This document shows, piece after piece, positions 31,233-43,004 of a DNA stretch of 49,658 nucleotides; the stretch's first letter is position 1; the number at the start of each line of letters is the position of its first letter. The stretch is from NCBI GenBank assembly GCA_018398765.1, contig JAHBMJ010000298.1, positions 1 to 49,658 on the forward strand, read 5' to 3'. The translations under genes were made by a program, and so were the position numbers. Under the pieces are notes generated by a model. That model saw nothing but the letters and a program-made list of their open reading frames with translations. It was not told the origin of the DNA and did no database searches. Source of the stretch: Chromera velia (lineage: Eukaryota).

Positions 31233-33970
31233 GAACACTCAGCTTGATGAGTGTCGACTCTCATGTACTTTCTGTGATGGAGATCCGTGGAGATCAGATC
31301 TATCTTTTTGCGCAACAGTAGAAAACCGATTGTAACGATATGGACACGGTCAGGCAGAGACAGTGAGTAGGGGAATTCAGTGTCCCTTTGCATCCCAAGC
31401 TGCCTGGGGTCCTCTTTCAGAAATGTTTTTCGAGTCTGATCCTGGACTTTGCCTTTGTCTTTGGGTGGAGAGCCCGAAGATCGTTGGAGGTCGCCAAAGC
31501 CGATGGTGGAGACGTTGCTTGATGTTACTCGGGACTTTGAAGAGCCTGATTTTATTGAGAATGCCGCCTACGAGAAGATCGTAATCCAAATAGCCAGTAG
31601 AGTGCTTTGTTTATGTCTTTTGATTCTGTAACTGTCTTCGTCTTCCGGACGAGTGTCGGCTGATCACTTTCACTTGTCTTTGCTGTTGGTTGTTTGCTTG
31701 TCTGCGCAAGGCTGACCACCTTTGTGGTATGTAAACACCTCCAGCGTGTCTAGGTCTGTCTAGACTGGTCTTCCGACAGCGTCTAAACATAAAAAGACGC
31801 CTTTCGTCTCTCTATGTGTCTGCAAGATTATCACTTTCTTCCGAGAGAGAGCTTGTCGCTTCTAGCTGTCCGTCTGTCATGTGGATCGTTCGATGAGTGG
31901 CCGTTCGATCGGGTGTGTGAGACTTTGCATACGCATTAAACAGACAGAAGGGACAGGTGGTGGCATACCATATAGACAAACGCAGTGACGGCCGGTGTGC
32001 CAGCTGGGGAAGGCCTTCTGCTCTGGGACCCCAACGCGGCAAGCCTGGAGTAGGAAGGAAGGGGAAGTAAGGAAGGGGTACAAAATGATATCGAGCCTGC
32101 CCTTGACGGCAAGAGAGGCAGAAGGGTCGCAGCAGACCTACTGAGAGACAGAGTAGGGCACACGGCGGCTGCCGCCTCGTCTCTCGCCAGCGTCGGCACA
32201 TTTTCAACTAATAGGGAAGGGCAAGAGGGGGTTGTGGGGGAAGGGAAGGGAAGGGGAGGGAGAAGGGGGGGGAAAGGGGAAGAAGGGGTGAAAAGGGGGG
32301 ACAAAGGGGAACTTCAAGAACTGACTGTACTGACAATTGAAACTTTTATACTAGAAAGTGACTTTTAATTTTCTATATATCACACTAAATTTTACATAAA
32401 AAACTAAGTCTTTAAAGCACTTAGAATGATTCTATTTATTGTTTTTTACCTGCATGAAAGTATGAACAACAGTTCAACAACTTTTAAAGATAAGGTTTAA
32501 TGGGTTTGTGGTGTGTATGTTAGAAATTGTTGGACGTGAGTGAGGTAAAAGAGTTATAGTATGTTGATATGTCGGAGAGTGATTGCAGACTCTGCAGGCA
32601 TGTGACAATGCGCAGTGTAATGCACAAACAAGCTGACTTTTACTTTTAATGGAATATGCCGAATCCGTACACTGATGTAAGGAGGGAGCACACAGCGGGC
32701 AACCCCCATGAAAGGTAAAAATGAATGTCCGCAAACAGATCTGCCGATTTAACACCCACAAAAAGCAGTTCAACCAAACAAATGTTAAGCACTATGACCG
32801 TATAAGAGGTAAATGCTTAGCTTCTGAAAGCCTGATCGATCCATGGCCTCTAGCCAGAGGGCCTTGCCCATGACCGGCCATCATAGCGTTCTTGTTTTTT
32901 CTGGGTGAGGCCCGGCACTGGCCACTGGGTCTTAGTCCACCCAGGAGCCCTACCTCCAAATTCTTGTGCAAACAAGAGCTGCGCCTCACTCCCACAACTT
33001 CAGATCACCCGAGATTACCAGCCGTAATGCTCTCTCATGAAACCTAAGCACCGACAAACAGTCCTCCGAGAAACTTTAAGGCTCAGTCTGACCTGCAGCA
33101 CAGATATGCAAAAATTCATAAAGTGGCTCACCTTCTGGCCACCCAGAGCTAGCCACCTCATCCAGAAAGCCTTTCCAGCTCATCATCTAGAGCTTGTAAG
33201 AGCGCACGCACAGAAAGGATTCAATGGAAGCTTTACTGGGGCAACTTCGTAGGCCCGTTTACGTGGAGACGGGCCGTGCCCTTCGTGATGGAAGATCGAA
33301 ATTGCCCTCTCAGGGCAACCAGTAGAGTGAATGTCATAAACCCAAGAAAAAGCAAAGAAACCAATCCTCTGGGCTTTCGATAAACCCTACTTTCATCGCT
33401 GGAGAGCAAGTCTGTGTGATGGGAGAGAGGCGGCACTAGGTCTTGCTCTGATTGACTTGAAACATTCGACAGAAAGCCGATTTTGGGAGCCGATTTTAGA
33501 TTGGCCAACCATGTGATGGCCCTGGAAGGCAAGCTACGCGTTGCGGGCCAGGGCCCGGCCGGCCACCAAGGCCAAAAAGCACTTCCCGGCTGCGCGCTGA
33601 CCCATTAAAATGCCGATCTGAAAAATTTTCAGTCAGGTCTTCAGAAAGTTCTCCTCCACTCAGAAAGTCGGGTCAACAGAATGGGCCTCTATCCACAAAA
33701 TCTCGTTGTCAAGCGTTCCATTAGATTGTATTGGAAGGCTTGACAATAACGAAATCGTCTTCAACTTGTTATTCCAGAACCTTATTTTTGGAGGGGTTAC
33801 AGATTCCGGAGTTTTGTACCCCTCCGGTATCTATGTTGGCTGGACACCTCTGGTTGCTCATGGGAGTGGTTGCCTTGGTGCAAAGGAGTTGTCCGACAAC
33901 TAGAAGGGTTGCCAGACTGGTTTGGGTCGCTTAATCAGGTCAGTTCGTTTTGTCTTGTTCCACCAGCAAC

Positions 33971-34221
33971 AGGGGGGGGTGGACCCTCTCGCAGGGGTAC
34001 AAAACAACCCAATTTCGTACCCCTGGTAGAGGGGGGGGGTCCGACCTGCTCTACAGGTTTGCCTCCAAAATGTGTCTAGGAAACACTCCTAGACACATTT
34101 TGGAGGCAAACCTGGAGAGCAGGTCGGACCCCCCCCCTCCACCAGGGGTNNNNNNCCCCCCTCCACCAGGGGTACGAAATTGGGTTGTTTCGTACCCCTG
34201 CGAGAGGGTCCACCCCCCCCT
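33971..34221. repeat. ~110-bp-arm palindrome with 5-nt loop (aacac, 34082-34086) and nested hairpin
   Basis: ggggggggtggaccctctcgcaggggtac...tgtgtctagga / tcctagacaca...gtacccctgcgagagggtccacccccccc. An N gap at 34150-34155 is flanked by an apparent overlap duplication. Confidence 0.92.
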
Positions 34222-34584
34222 CCCAGTGAAGGAATTAAAAAAATCTTGTTTACAGAGATGAGCTTTCTTGGTGCATGCAGAAGGCTTTGTATGATGTCTG
34301 TAAGTGTTCCTGTGTGGTTGCAACCTGGCCATTGTGGTTGCTGAGCGACTGACCGGTCTGCCCTCGGCAAGGTAAAAAACTGCCGTCTCCCTTTGCCTGT
34401 GTTGCTCACCCCTGCCCCCCTCCTCTGCTCTTTGCAGGTCGTGGGTCTCTTCCAGGAGATGCTTGTTTTGTGTCCTAGTCCTTCTTCAACTCCTCCAGAG
34501 GTAGGTCTTTGCATTTTTGTTAAGGCTGCAGTCTTCAGACTGCGAAAGGGAGTAGCGCCCCTACGTGCCGAGCCTGTGTTTTTT

Positions 34585-35320
34585 TCTACCTGCCTGACTG
34601 CCTCCAAAATTTCGCCATTCTTGCCTGCTTGACTGCCCTCTAGCTTTCAGCCTTTCTGTCTGGCTAAATGTCTTCCCAATTTTAGCCTTTCCGCCCGCCT
34701 TATTGCCTTCCTAATTTTGGCCTTCGCCGCGCTCCCAATTTCGGTCTTCCTGCCTGCCCGATTGCCTTCCCAATTTCAGCCTTTTTGCCTGCCTGACTGC
34801 CTTCCAGAGTTTTACATTCCTGCCATGCTGACTGCTTTCCCATTTCGGCCTTCTTGCCTGCCTGACTGCCCTTCAAATTTCGGTCTTTCTATCTGCCTCA
34901 ATGCTTTCTAAATTTCAGCCTTTCTGTCTGCCTGACTGACTTCACAATTTCGGCCTTCCTGCCTATCCGGTTGCCTTCCCAATTTCGGCTTTCCTGCCTG
35001 CCTGATTGCTTTCCCTATTTTGGCCTTCCTTCCTGCCTAAGTTTCCTCCTAACGCTTCCTAATTTCGGTCATTCTGCTTGCCCAATGGCCTTCCTAATTT
35101 TGTTCTTCCTGCTGGCCCGACTGTCTTCCTAAGTTCGGCCTTCTTGTATATCTGACTGCCTCCCAGAGTTCGTTCTTTCTGCCTACATGCCTGCCTTCCA
35201 ATTTTGGTCTTCTTGGCAGCCTGACTGCCTTCCAATTTCAGTTTTCCTTCCCGCCTGATTGCCTTCCCGATTTCGGCCTTCCTGCCCGTCCGATTGCTTT
35301 CCCAATTTCGGTCTTCCTAC
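34585..35320. repeat. 35-bp degenerate minisatellite, ~21 copies
   Basis: Consensus aatttcggccttcctgcctgcctgactgccttccc; for example units start at 34737 and 34772. Confidence 0.9.
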
Positions 35321-35476
35321 TTTCATGTATCATTCTGATACAAATTAAAGATACAAGTTGTGTTTGCATGTATACTTTTATATGTATTCTGGCGATTCGA
35401 CTGACTTTCTGTTTGTGTGCACGTATTTCTGCAGGTGGCGTTCACGGGTGTGTTTGATATATACTGAGATGCCCCC

Positions 35477-35508
<32 letters not shown>

Positions 35509-37855
35509 CCGTTGAGCAGTGCCTCATATGAATTAAAAACAAAACAGTTATGATCATGAGAAGAAATGCTTCAATCAGATCGATTCAGAGCCATTCAGAT
35601 GCATTTTTTATGATGTTTTCGTCTTAGTGTTAATTTACGATGATAGGTACCAGACAATTTATAGTTTTGAAAAAATATATACTCTATATACACATTTTTT
35701 TATTTCATTTTTTAAACATCTTACTAAGCTTAAATAGTCTTAAATAAATTATGAAAATTAATTAGTTTAAAGGTTAAACTATCTATTTTAATGTTTTAAA
35801 AACTAAATTTTTCAAAGTCACTTTCCAGTACAAAAGTTTCAATTGTCAGTACAGTCAGTTCAAGGAAAAGGGAGGGGAAAAAGGGGGGAAAGAGGGGGAG
35901 GGGGGGGTTGTTTCGGAGTGGGGGGGGCGAATCGAATCGAGGCTGGCCGAGAGCATGCGAAGTACTAACGACTGAATGTGACTGGAACGTCTTTTATCCG
36001 GAATTGAGGGTAACCCCCGTTCATGACAGTGTGTCAAAAGGAGCAGCAAGGGGATGAAACGAGACAGAAAGAAGAGACGAGATAGAAAGAAACCAGCGGG
36101 ACAGTCTACAATATGTCCGGTCTCTTCCTTCCCTCCCTTTATACAGCCACTAACACGCGCGAAATGTGTTTGTGCTCGATAAGATGGCCGAGCCCTTCTA
36201 TCAATGAGAACTCGAAGTCGATCGCCTACCCCTACGTTAGCTGCATATGAGATGCGGGCAGAGGACTGTCTGATTGCCACTGCTATGCATTTATGCCTGC
36301 GCATGCCCACGACTGCTTAACACCGCCTTGCGCCCCTGCATTGAACTCGGGAGAAGGATTGAGCTCATTGCAAATCTGAGCATCAAAGAGGCAGACTACG
36401 AGAATGACAAGTCGAGCACTGCACGTGCTGCGTATTCGGAACTTCTGGAACTCCCTTAGAAGAGTAATCATTCTTCTCTCGCGGCTTTTTTTGGCTTTGT
36501 TTTACACGTGGCTTGGGAGTCAGACCCCTCGTATGGCTGAGAGCACGAGCGCACGAGGGGGTGCCTTCATTCGTTGTCTCCTTCTCATTTCCTTCTGCTG
36601 ATTTAAAATATTTCGGGTTATCCCTGGCTTCCTCTTTAATTTAAGAAAAAGAGACTGGAAGAGGCGGAGAGAAAATGAGTAGAGGAGGAGCAAAGAGAGA
36701 AGAAATCTTTAACGAGATGTCTGGTTCAACGAGAAAAGAAGAAAAAGCAAGGAGACAGCCCGTGCATGTCTCTGTGTCCCTTATATATCTTCTCCCTGCA
36801 GGGGGATGCCAGTGCTTTGGAGGCCCTCTGGGTTCTCTGGGTATCGCCCCTCCCTCTCGTAGCACGGGAGTTGATGGGGGCCTTGGTGGAGCCAGCCGTC
36901 TCTACGTGAGCATCTGCGTGGAGCCAGACGGTGTACTGCCAGGCGTCTCCCTCCGATAGGTCTGACCGGCTGCCGTTCATGGCCGTTGATTCGTTGATAT
37001 CTGTTGTCTTGATTTGCCCTTCCCTGCCTCTGTCACTCACTTTCTGTCCGTCTCTCACCTCACGTCAGAATGCTTTGTTTGTTGTGTCTCTCTCTTATAT
37101 ATCGCCAGTTCTTTCGGTTGTTTGCCCCGGTCTGTATCCATTGTGTTGGGTCGATCTACAGTGTTGGTGACAACGAGCGAAGAGATATGCATACAGTCTT
37201 TAGGAAGGAAGTGAAATAGAAGAGAGAGGAGGAAATGATGTAGATAGATATGTGTGAGGCTTTCTGCTGCCGCCCTCTAGTTTTGCCGTCTCTTCATATT
37301 TTGTTCGAACCTCCATCTGCCCGTCACTTGCATTCAGAAAAAAGAAGTGGAAGGGGATCTCTTACAAGCGTACTATTCTGTCTATTGTCTGCTTCCTTCC
37401 AGCAAACCGGTCTGAGAAAGAGAGAGAGAAAGTGAAAGAAGGCGAAACGAAGTCGGGAAACGGAGTTGGCTACCTTTTTTCTTCCGCCAGTTCTGCCTCT
37501 TTCTTTTCGATCACTTTATCGTTGGTGGTGTTCGATCTGCGTCTTTGTTTTGAGACCACGGAGGTGTGGGAGGTGCAACTTTATTTTTCCGTCCCGCTTC
37601 AAGGGAAACGAAGGCAGCATGAAAGAGAAACGAGAGAAAAGGGAAACGGTGGAACTGCGTAAGAGTTTGGAGAGTGAGGATTTATCGGAATGAGCTTGTC
37701 TGTTCCTCTTAGAATTTTTGTGTTGGCTCCATCTCCGCTTTCTAATCTACCACCTTCTGGTGCCCTCTAATACTATTCCATTTACGAATGTGAAGATCTA
37801 ATGTGGTGGGAGCGTGTACGCATGCATGTGCATGCCTGAGTTTTCGACCCGCGAC

Positions 37856-39628
37856 TTTCTTGGTTGGCCGTATGTGTTCCTCTGAGTATGTTTGTTACTC
37901 TGTAAAAGGTCGATCAGTCTGCCCTTTTCTTTTCCCAGTTTTGGCCGTTTGCTTCTCTGGCTTCTCGCTGTGGCTGTCTTTTCTACTGGATGCATTGAAA
38001 CGAACTCTTGTCATACGGGATGTGTTGTTGAGCTAGGTTATTGAAAGTGTATTTCCTTTACTTTTGCCTCCATATAGCCGCGTTTGCTCGTCTAACTTTG
38101 CTGCATTGGTGCGAGGCCGGCGTCTTGGAGGAAGAAAAAAATGGAAAAAAGACAGAGAGGGGAAAGCAAAGCGGGAGTAAGAAGTAGAAGAGCAAAAGAG
38201 AGGGAGTTGAGGGGAAAAAAAGAGTAAAGTAAACGACTGCAAGCACAATGCTATGTATCGGTGTGGAGATGCATACATGTATGTGACCGCACGGATACCA
38301 CGCAGGCCTGACTGTATCATGTTCTCTGTCGCTCTTTCTGTCTAGCATTTCTGTCTCGTTCTTTCTTTCTGGGGGGTACGAAAGGTTAATGGAGAGCTGG
38401 GAAAGTATAAGACCTTGCAATGGGAAGCTTGCGGCCGTCCAATGACGAACTCTGCTGTTAGGTAGAGAGGATGTGCTTCTGCAGACCCCGAGCAAGCCGA
38501 CGTTCCTAAAACAGGCTTTTCAAGGAAAGGCCTGGCTAGTTGGCGTTGCCGGCGAGGCAGAGGTGATAATACCTTTGCGTACGTTAATCTGATTGACTTA
38601 CATCAATGAGAGGAAACTTTTCTGCTTATCAGCTTTCACGTCTAGATTTTTTTGACTACCTCCTTGAAGGTGTTCTGTTGGTTGCATGGGTTTGCATTGT
38701 ATCTGGTTGGTCATGTTCTTTCACTCGCCTCTTTTTTTTTCCTTTTTGCGCATGCTCGGATGTGTTTGACTGATCGCGAGGACGCAATTTTCCTGTCCAT
38801 GGCTGGGAGGGATCTGTAGAGTCCTACCGTGTGGTACCACCCTTTGAGCTTTCGTATGCGCCATGACTGAGTAAGCCAGTGTGCCGTGCCACATTCCGCC
38901 ACTGCGCTTTGCTTTGTACGTGTCGTGCGCGCATCGGTCGAAGTCGAGTCTGACCTTCGTAATATTCGCATTTAAGCAATGTTACTTGAGCAACAGATAG
39001 GATCGTTTAAGGCTAATGTCTGTTTGTTATAGATCGTGAGTCTGAGACTCTAAGAGAGAGGAACAGAGAGAAGCATAAGTAGAATTTGTGCAATGATAGA
39101 ATGAACTTAACTGATGGGAATCCCAGATCGCTCTAGAGCTAAACCTTCTGTAAACTGTTGCCTGAATAAGTGTTGTTCACATTCCTTCTCTAGATCTTCC
39201 TAAGATTCTTATCCTCGCTTTACCTTCTGTCTGGACGCCATAAGGTGGCCGGACAGGAGGGATAAAGCACTTTACTCTTTTTTTATCCTCATCTCCCTCT
39301 CTTTTGCTCTCCTACTTCTCACTCCTGCTTTGTTTTCCCCTCTCTGTCTTTTTCTCTCCTCCGAGGCGCCGGCCTTACACCAATGTACACCAATGCGGCA
39401 AAGTCAGACGAGCAAACGCGGCTACATGGAGGCAAAAGTAAAGGAAATACATTCTCAACAACATACCCCGCATGACAAGAGTTCGTTTTGATGCTGCTAT
39501 AAAAAAGATAGCCATAGCGAGAAGCCAGAGAAACAAACAGCCGAAACTGGGAAAAGAAAAGGGCAGACCGATCGACCTTTTACAGAGTAACAAACAGACT
39601 CAGAGGGACACGTGCGGCCAACCAAAGA
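37856..39628. mobile_element. Modular repeat cluster, right copy: A(-) 37856-38230, B(-), C(+), A(+) 39269-39628; candidate long-TIR (Mutator-like) non-autonomous element
   Basis: The terminal ~370 bp are diverged inverted repeats. Flanks acccgcgac (37847-37855) and accctcgac (39629-39637) resemble a 9-bp TSD with one mismatch. Confidence 0.6.
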
Positions 39629-39629
39629 A

Positions 39630-39805
39630 CCCTCGACTTCTGTAGTCGCGCTTCTGTAGTCGCCTCTCACCGCCGCCTAGCAATGATTGCTGCCTCCCGA
39701 CCGCCCGGGGCGCTTTCCCGCCAAGTATTACCCTCGACTTCTGTAGTCGCACTTCTGTAGTCGCCCCTTATACCACCGCCTAGCATTGCCCGACCGCCCG
39801 GGGCC
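39630..39805 (+). repeat. ~101-bp tandem duplication, each unit with an internal 13-bp doublet
   Basis: ccctcgacttctgtagtcgc(g/a)cttctgtagtcgcc...ccgcctagca...cccgaccgcccgggg at 39630 and 39731. Confidence 0.85.
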
Positions 39806-39972
39806 TCGGCCACATGTGTGCTTTGCCGGGGCCCCGTTTGGGCCCCGTTTAGGCCAGGTAATAACTGTCTTCCAGGCACTGTTAGTTCGGATTGAACGCT
39901 GACTTTGGTGCGAGCTGTCTGCTGTTTTCGTCATACGTGTCTGTTCTTCTCGTCATACTCTGAACAATCACG

Positions 39973-41430
39973 ATGATGCGTTTTTTTTCTGTGCTTTTTT
40001 GCGTTCTCCTTTCTGGAGGCGCTGGGTTTCAGTTGAAGAGATCCCAGTTTTGCCCTCTGTCAAGCAGAAGGCCGACCCTGCTGTGGAGGCCCTTTTCGCA
40101 AAAGGCAACTGGCTTTCTTCTTGCGCTACTGGAAACTTAGGAAGAAACTATTCGGGTGCAGCCTGAACTCGATGAGGTCAAGGCGGAAATTAGACAGGTG
40201 AAAGCGGAGACTGGACAGGTTAAAGCGGCCCTCGGGATCTCCACCGGTGATGCTGGTGGATTTGCTGACTGGGAAAAGGCGGACTTGCGAAACCAGCTGA
40301 CGTCGCTGAACAACCAGCTGACGTTGCAGAACAACCAGCTGACATCGCAGAACAACCAGCTGACGTCGCTGAACAACCAGCTGACCGAGCTCCAGGGGAA
40401 AGAGAACCTGCTTCTCCAGCAGCAGCAAGGGCCTCCACCTCTGGTCTGTTGCCTCCGCTCGTCTCTCTGTCCTGTGTACCTCATTTGCCTTGGTTGCCTT
40501 ATTGCTTCTGTTGGTTGCCTTGTGGTCCACCTGTCCACTCCTTTCCAAAATCGTGTGGCTGGCTAAATCTTTCACATTTCCCCTTTCCTCTTTTCTTGTG
40601 CGTGTGTTCCGTCTGCTTCCTCTGTACCTCACGTCATCCACTGCCACCCTCCGTGTGATGTTTCTGGCTGTCTGCCATCTTTCATCTGGACGTGCTAATC
40701 CGCTTCTTCAGCTGCCTCGCTAGCCTTCTGTGTCAACAACGCGCCGGCAAATCCAGCTGTCTTCAGTGCTTCGATCGTTTGGTAATCGGCTCTCTTTTCG
40801 ATCGTGATTCTCACTCTCCATTTTTACCTCGTGCTTGCCTTCTCGCTCCGTGATTGACTGGCCGTTCTGTGCGCAGAGTACAGTGACCTTTTCCGTGAGA
40901 TCATTCGGAAACAGGAACAGCTCATTCAGACAAAGGAGGAGGCCTTCCTTGCCACTAAAGAGCTGCTCGTTCAGGAGAAGACCCGGTTCTGGGAACGTCA
41001 AGGTCAACTCACAGCGCGTTCAGTGATGGATGAGATGGAGCGTCGGGAGCGTCGTAGAAGAAAGACCCTAGGGGGTGCCTCCCTAGATGCCTCCCGTGTG
41101 GAAATTTGGAAAGACATTCTCAAGCTTGACGGAGAACTCCTGGAGAAACTCTCAGAATGCTTCCCGTCGTACCCTGATGTTCCAACAGGATCGGAGGATT
41201 TTGGAAGCCACATCGCAAAGTTTTTAAACAGCACCTTTGGGCGACTCAGTGCCAAGCCGCACCCCTCTTTAAAGCCGTTGCAGACTCCAGATGGCCCTGC
41301 AGTGACCCTGCACTTGCATGGGCGGAGGACCCTTAACGTTGTTTGTTGCAGCATCTCTGTGAAAAAGTTGCAGTTCGCTGTTCAACCAAAGGCATCCCGT
41401 CTGATTTCAGCGACAATGAAGTCACCGTAA
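39973..41430 (+). CDS. Coiled-coil hypothetical protein, multi-exon, possibly disrupted
   Basis: ELDEVKAEIRQVKAE and a 21-bp coding repeat (NQLTSLN x~5, 40291-40390). Downstream frame EYSDLFREIIRKQEQLIQTKEE...GQLTARSVMDEMERRE...SRVEIWKDIL runs to TAA 41428. Splice phases and the 5' frame are not resolved. Confidence 0.5.
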
Positions 41431-42374
41431 GTCACCGAAGAAGATTGAATTCTCAAGTGAATTCTTCAACCGATACATAGTGAAAGATTTTAGTCTTTAG
41501 AGAATCATTTTAGTTAATCTTTACAGTCCCACAAACAAAATAATACAAAAAAATGCAGTTTGATAATTAGAAGCCTGTCGGTATAGATCTACATAATATG
41601 TTTTCGCATGCCGGGGGCGAGTGGGGTGCTTTTTACCCCCCCCTCTGCATAGAAGACCAGCGCTTTTCCGCAAAAAACTTGTTCTCATAATTGGTAAAGA
41701 GTTAGAAGCTGAAACTTTGTGGAAGAAGACGTTGTAACGATAGAAAAAGAACTATAGAACAGATTTTTAATATCATTTTTAGAAACATAGGCCCAAGGGG
41801 CGGGGGTGGGTGGGGGTGGGGGTGGGGGGAACGTTAGGAGGGGATGAAGTCTAGGTCTTCTGCAGGCCCTTCTGCGGGCTCTTTGATCTGGTCCTGTAGT
41901 CTGAAGTGATCTCTTGCCTACGTTTCGAAGGGGAAGCACTCTCTGCCTTTTATCCCCCCCTTCTGACAGAGGTCAGCGCTTGATTGGATTCCCCCCTGCC
42001 TTCTAACAGATGAACACCCTGTCTTCGCTCTTTTCAGAGGCTGTATACCCCTGTCCCCTGCCGATTTTTTTTGTTATTCCTGAAATCTCTGCAGTCATTC
42101 AAATCATAAAGGGGCTTTTGAGTGCACAAATCACATCGGCGGTGAGGGGGTGGGGAATCTCCAGATAGGCAGGCATCTGGGGGGGGTTCTCATCGAACAG
42201 ATTGTGTGGAACAACGGCGGTCTTCCAGAGAAAGAGAGAAAGAGAGAGAGACACAGCTTCTTCTGGGATGCCAAGCCCATCTACAATTGTACCGACAAAG
42301 ACAAACAGGAAGGAGGGGGGACTCACTGTCATAGTGTTGGTGAGCTCAGCCTGCTGAATCGATGTCAAAAAAAT

Positions 42375-43004
42375 CTATAGAGGTTTCAGCACTCCTGGCA
42401 TCACCGTCTCCAATGCCTTACCTTGTAGCCTGTTACGCCATGCCTTCATGTTCTCTGCCTTAAACTCAAAATCTGCCAAAGTGGTCGTCGTTACACCCAA
42501 GTCGGTGTATTGAACGTACTGCAAACCATAAATAGGGAGGGGAAAAAATGTTAAAAACACTTCGGATCGATGTGCTTCAACGAACGAAATTTTTCTAACC
42601 TGATAAGCCTTCCACAGCCAGTCCTGGAAAAACGGTTCCTTCTCGAAGGTCTTCAGGATGGCTCGATGGACTTGCATTCTCAACGGAGTCTCATATACAT
42701 CATAGCACAAGGTCCCCGTATCAAAAGGAGTAAAACAGCAGAATGCAATAAATTCTTTCACGGAGGTTGATTCTCTAACCAAATCTACTGCTTTACTCTG
42801 CAGGGTATCTAACCATCTCTTTCTATACTCCGCCGCAGCACCGGCAGACAATGAAGGGGCACAACTCCGGGCAGGCTGGAGACTCTCATCGATCCTTGCT
42901 GCTGCCGTCGCAGCTTCAGAAGCCGTTGGAGAGGTAGACTCTGAAGCAGGAGGAGAGTCGGTCATCATGCCCGAAAGAAAATTTTGGTTATACCTACGGC
43001 TCAT
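42375..43004 (-). CDS. Hypothetical protein (209 aa ORF, probable in-frame intron; may be a pseudogene fragment)
   Basis: ATG-started ORF with an S/A/P-rich N-terminus and a globular-looking C-part. Likely intron YQ|gttaga...ttgcag|YVQ. Confidence 0.4.
   Translation of the reverse strand: MSRRYNQNFLSGMMTDSPPASESTSPTASEAATAAARIDESLQPARSCAPSLSAGAAAEYRKRWLDTLQSKAVDLVRESTSVKEFIAFCCFTPFDTGTLCYDVYETPLRMQVHRAILKTFEKEPFFQDWLWKAYQVRKISFVEAHRSEVFLTFFPLPIYGLQYVQYTDLGVTTTTLADFEFKAENMKAWRNRLQGKALETVMPGVLKPL

Larger units (their letters stand above)
32319..35860. mobile_element. Non-autonomous TIR element, ~3.5 kb, 47-bp TIRs, AAC...GTT ends, 4-bp TSD CAAG
   Basis: 32319-32365 aactgactgtactgacaattgaaacttttatactagaaagtgacttt pairs with 35814-35860 (2 mismatches). 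caag lies at 32315-32318 and 35861-35864. Both flanks are halves of one purine-rich G/A tract. Confidence 0.88.

Noticed and set aside
34133..34172. Duplicated ccccctccaccaggggt inside the palindrome
   Set aside because: It flanks the N gap and most likely reflects an unmerged contig overlap.
34585..35320. CRISPR array
   Set aside because: The 35-bp units are contiguous and degenerate with no unique spacers, there are no cas genes, and the context is eukaryotic.
29372..39628. Hammerhead ribozymes in the modular repeats
   Set aside because: No CTGANGA...GAAA core with supporting stems was found by eye. An Infernal search would be decisive.
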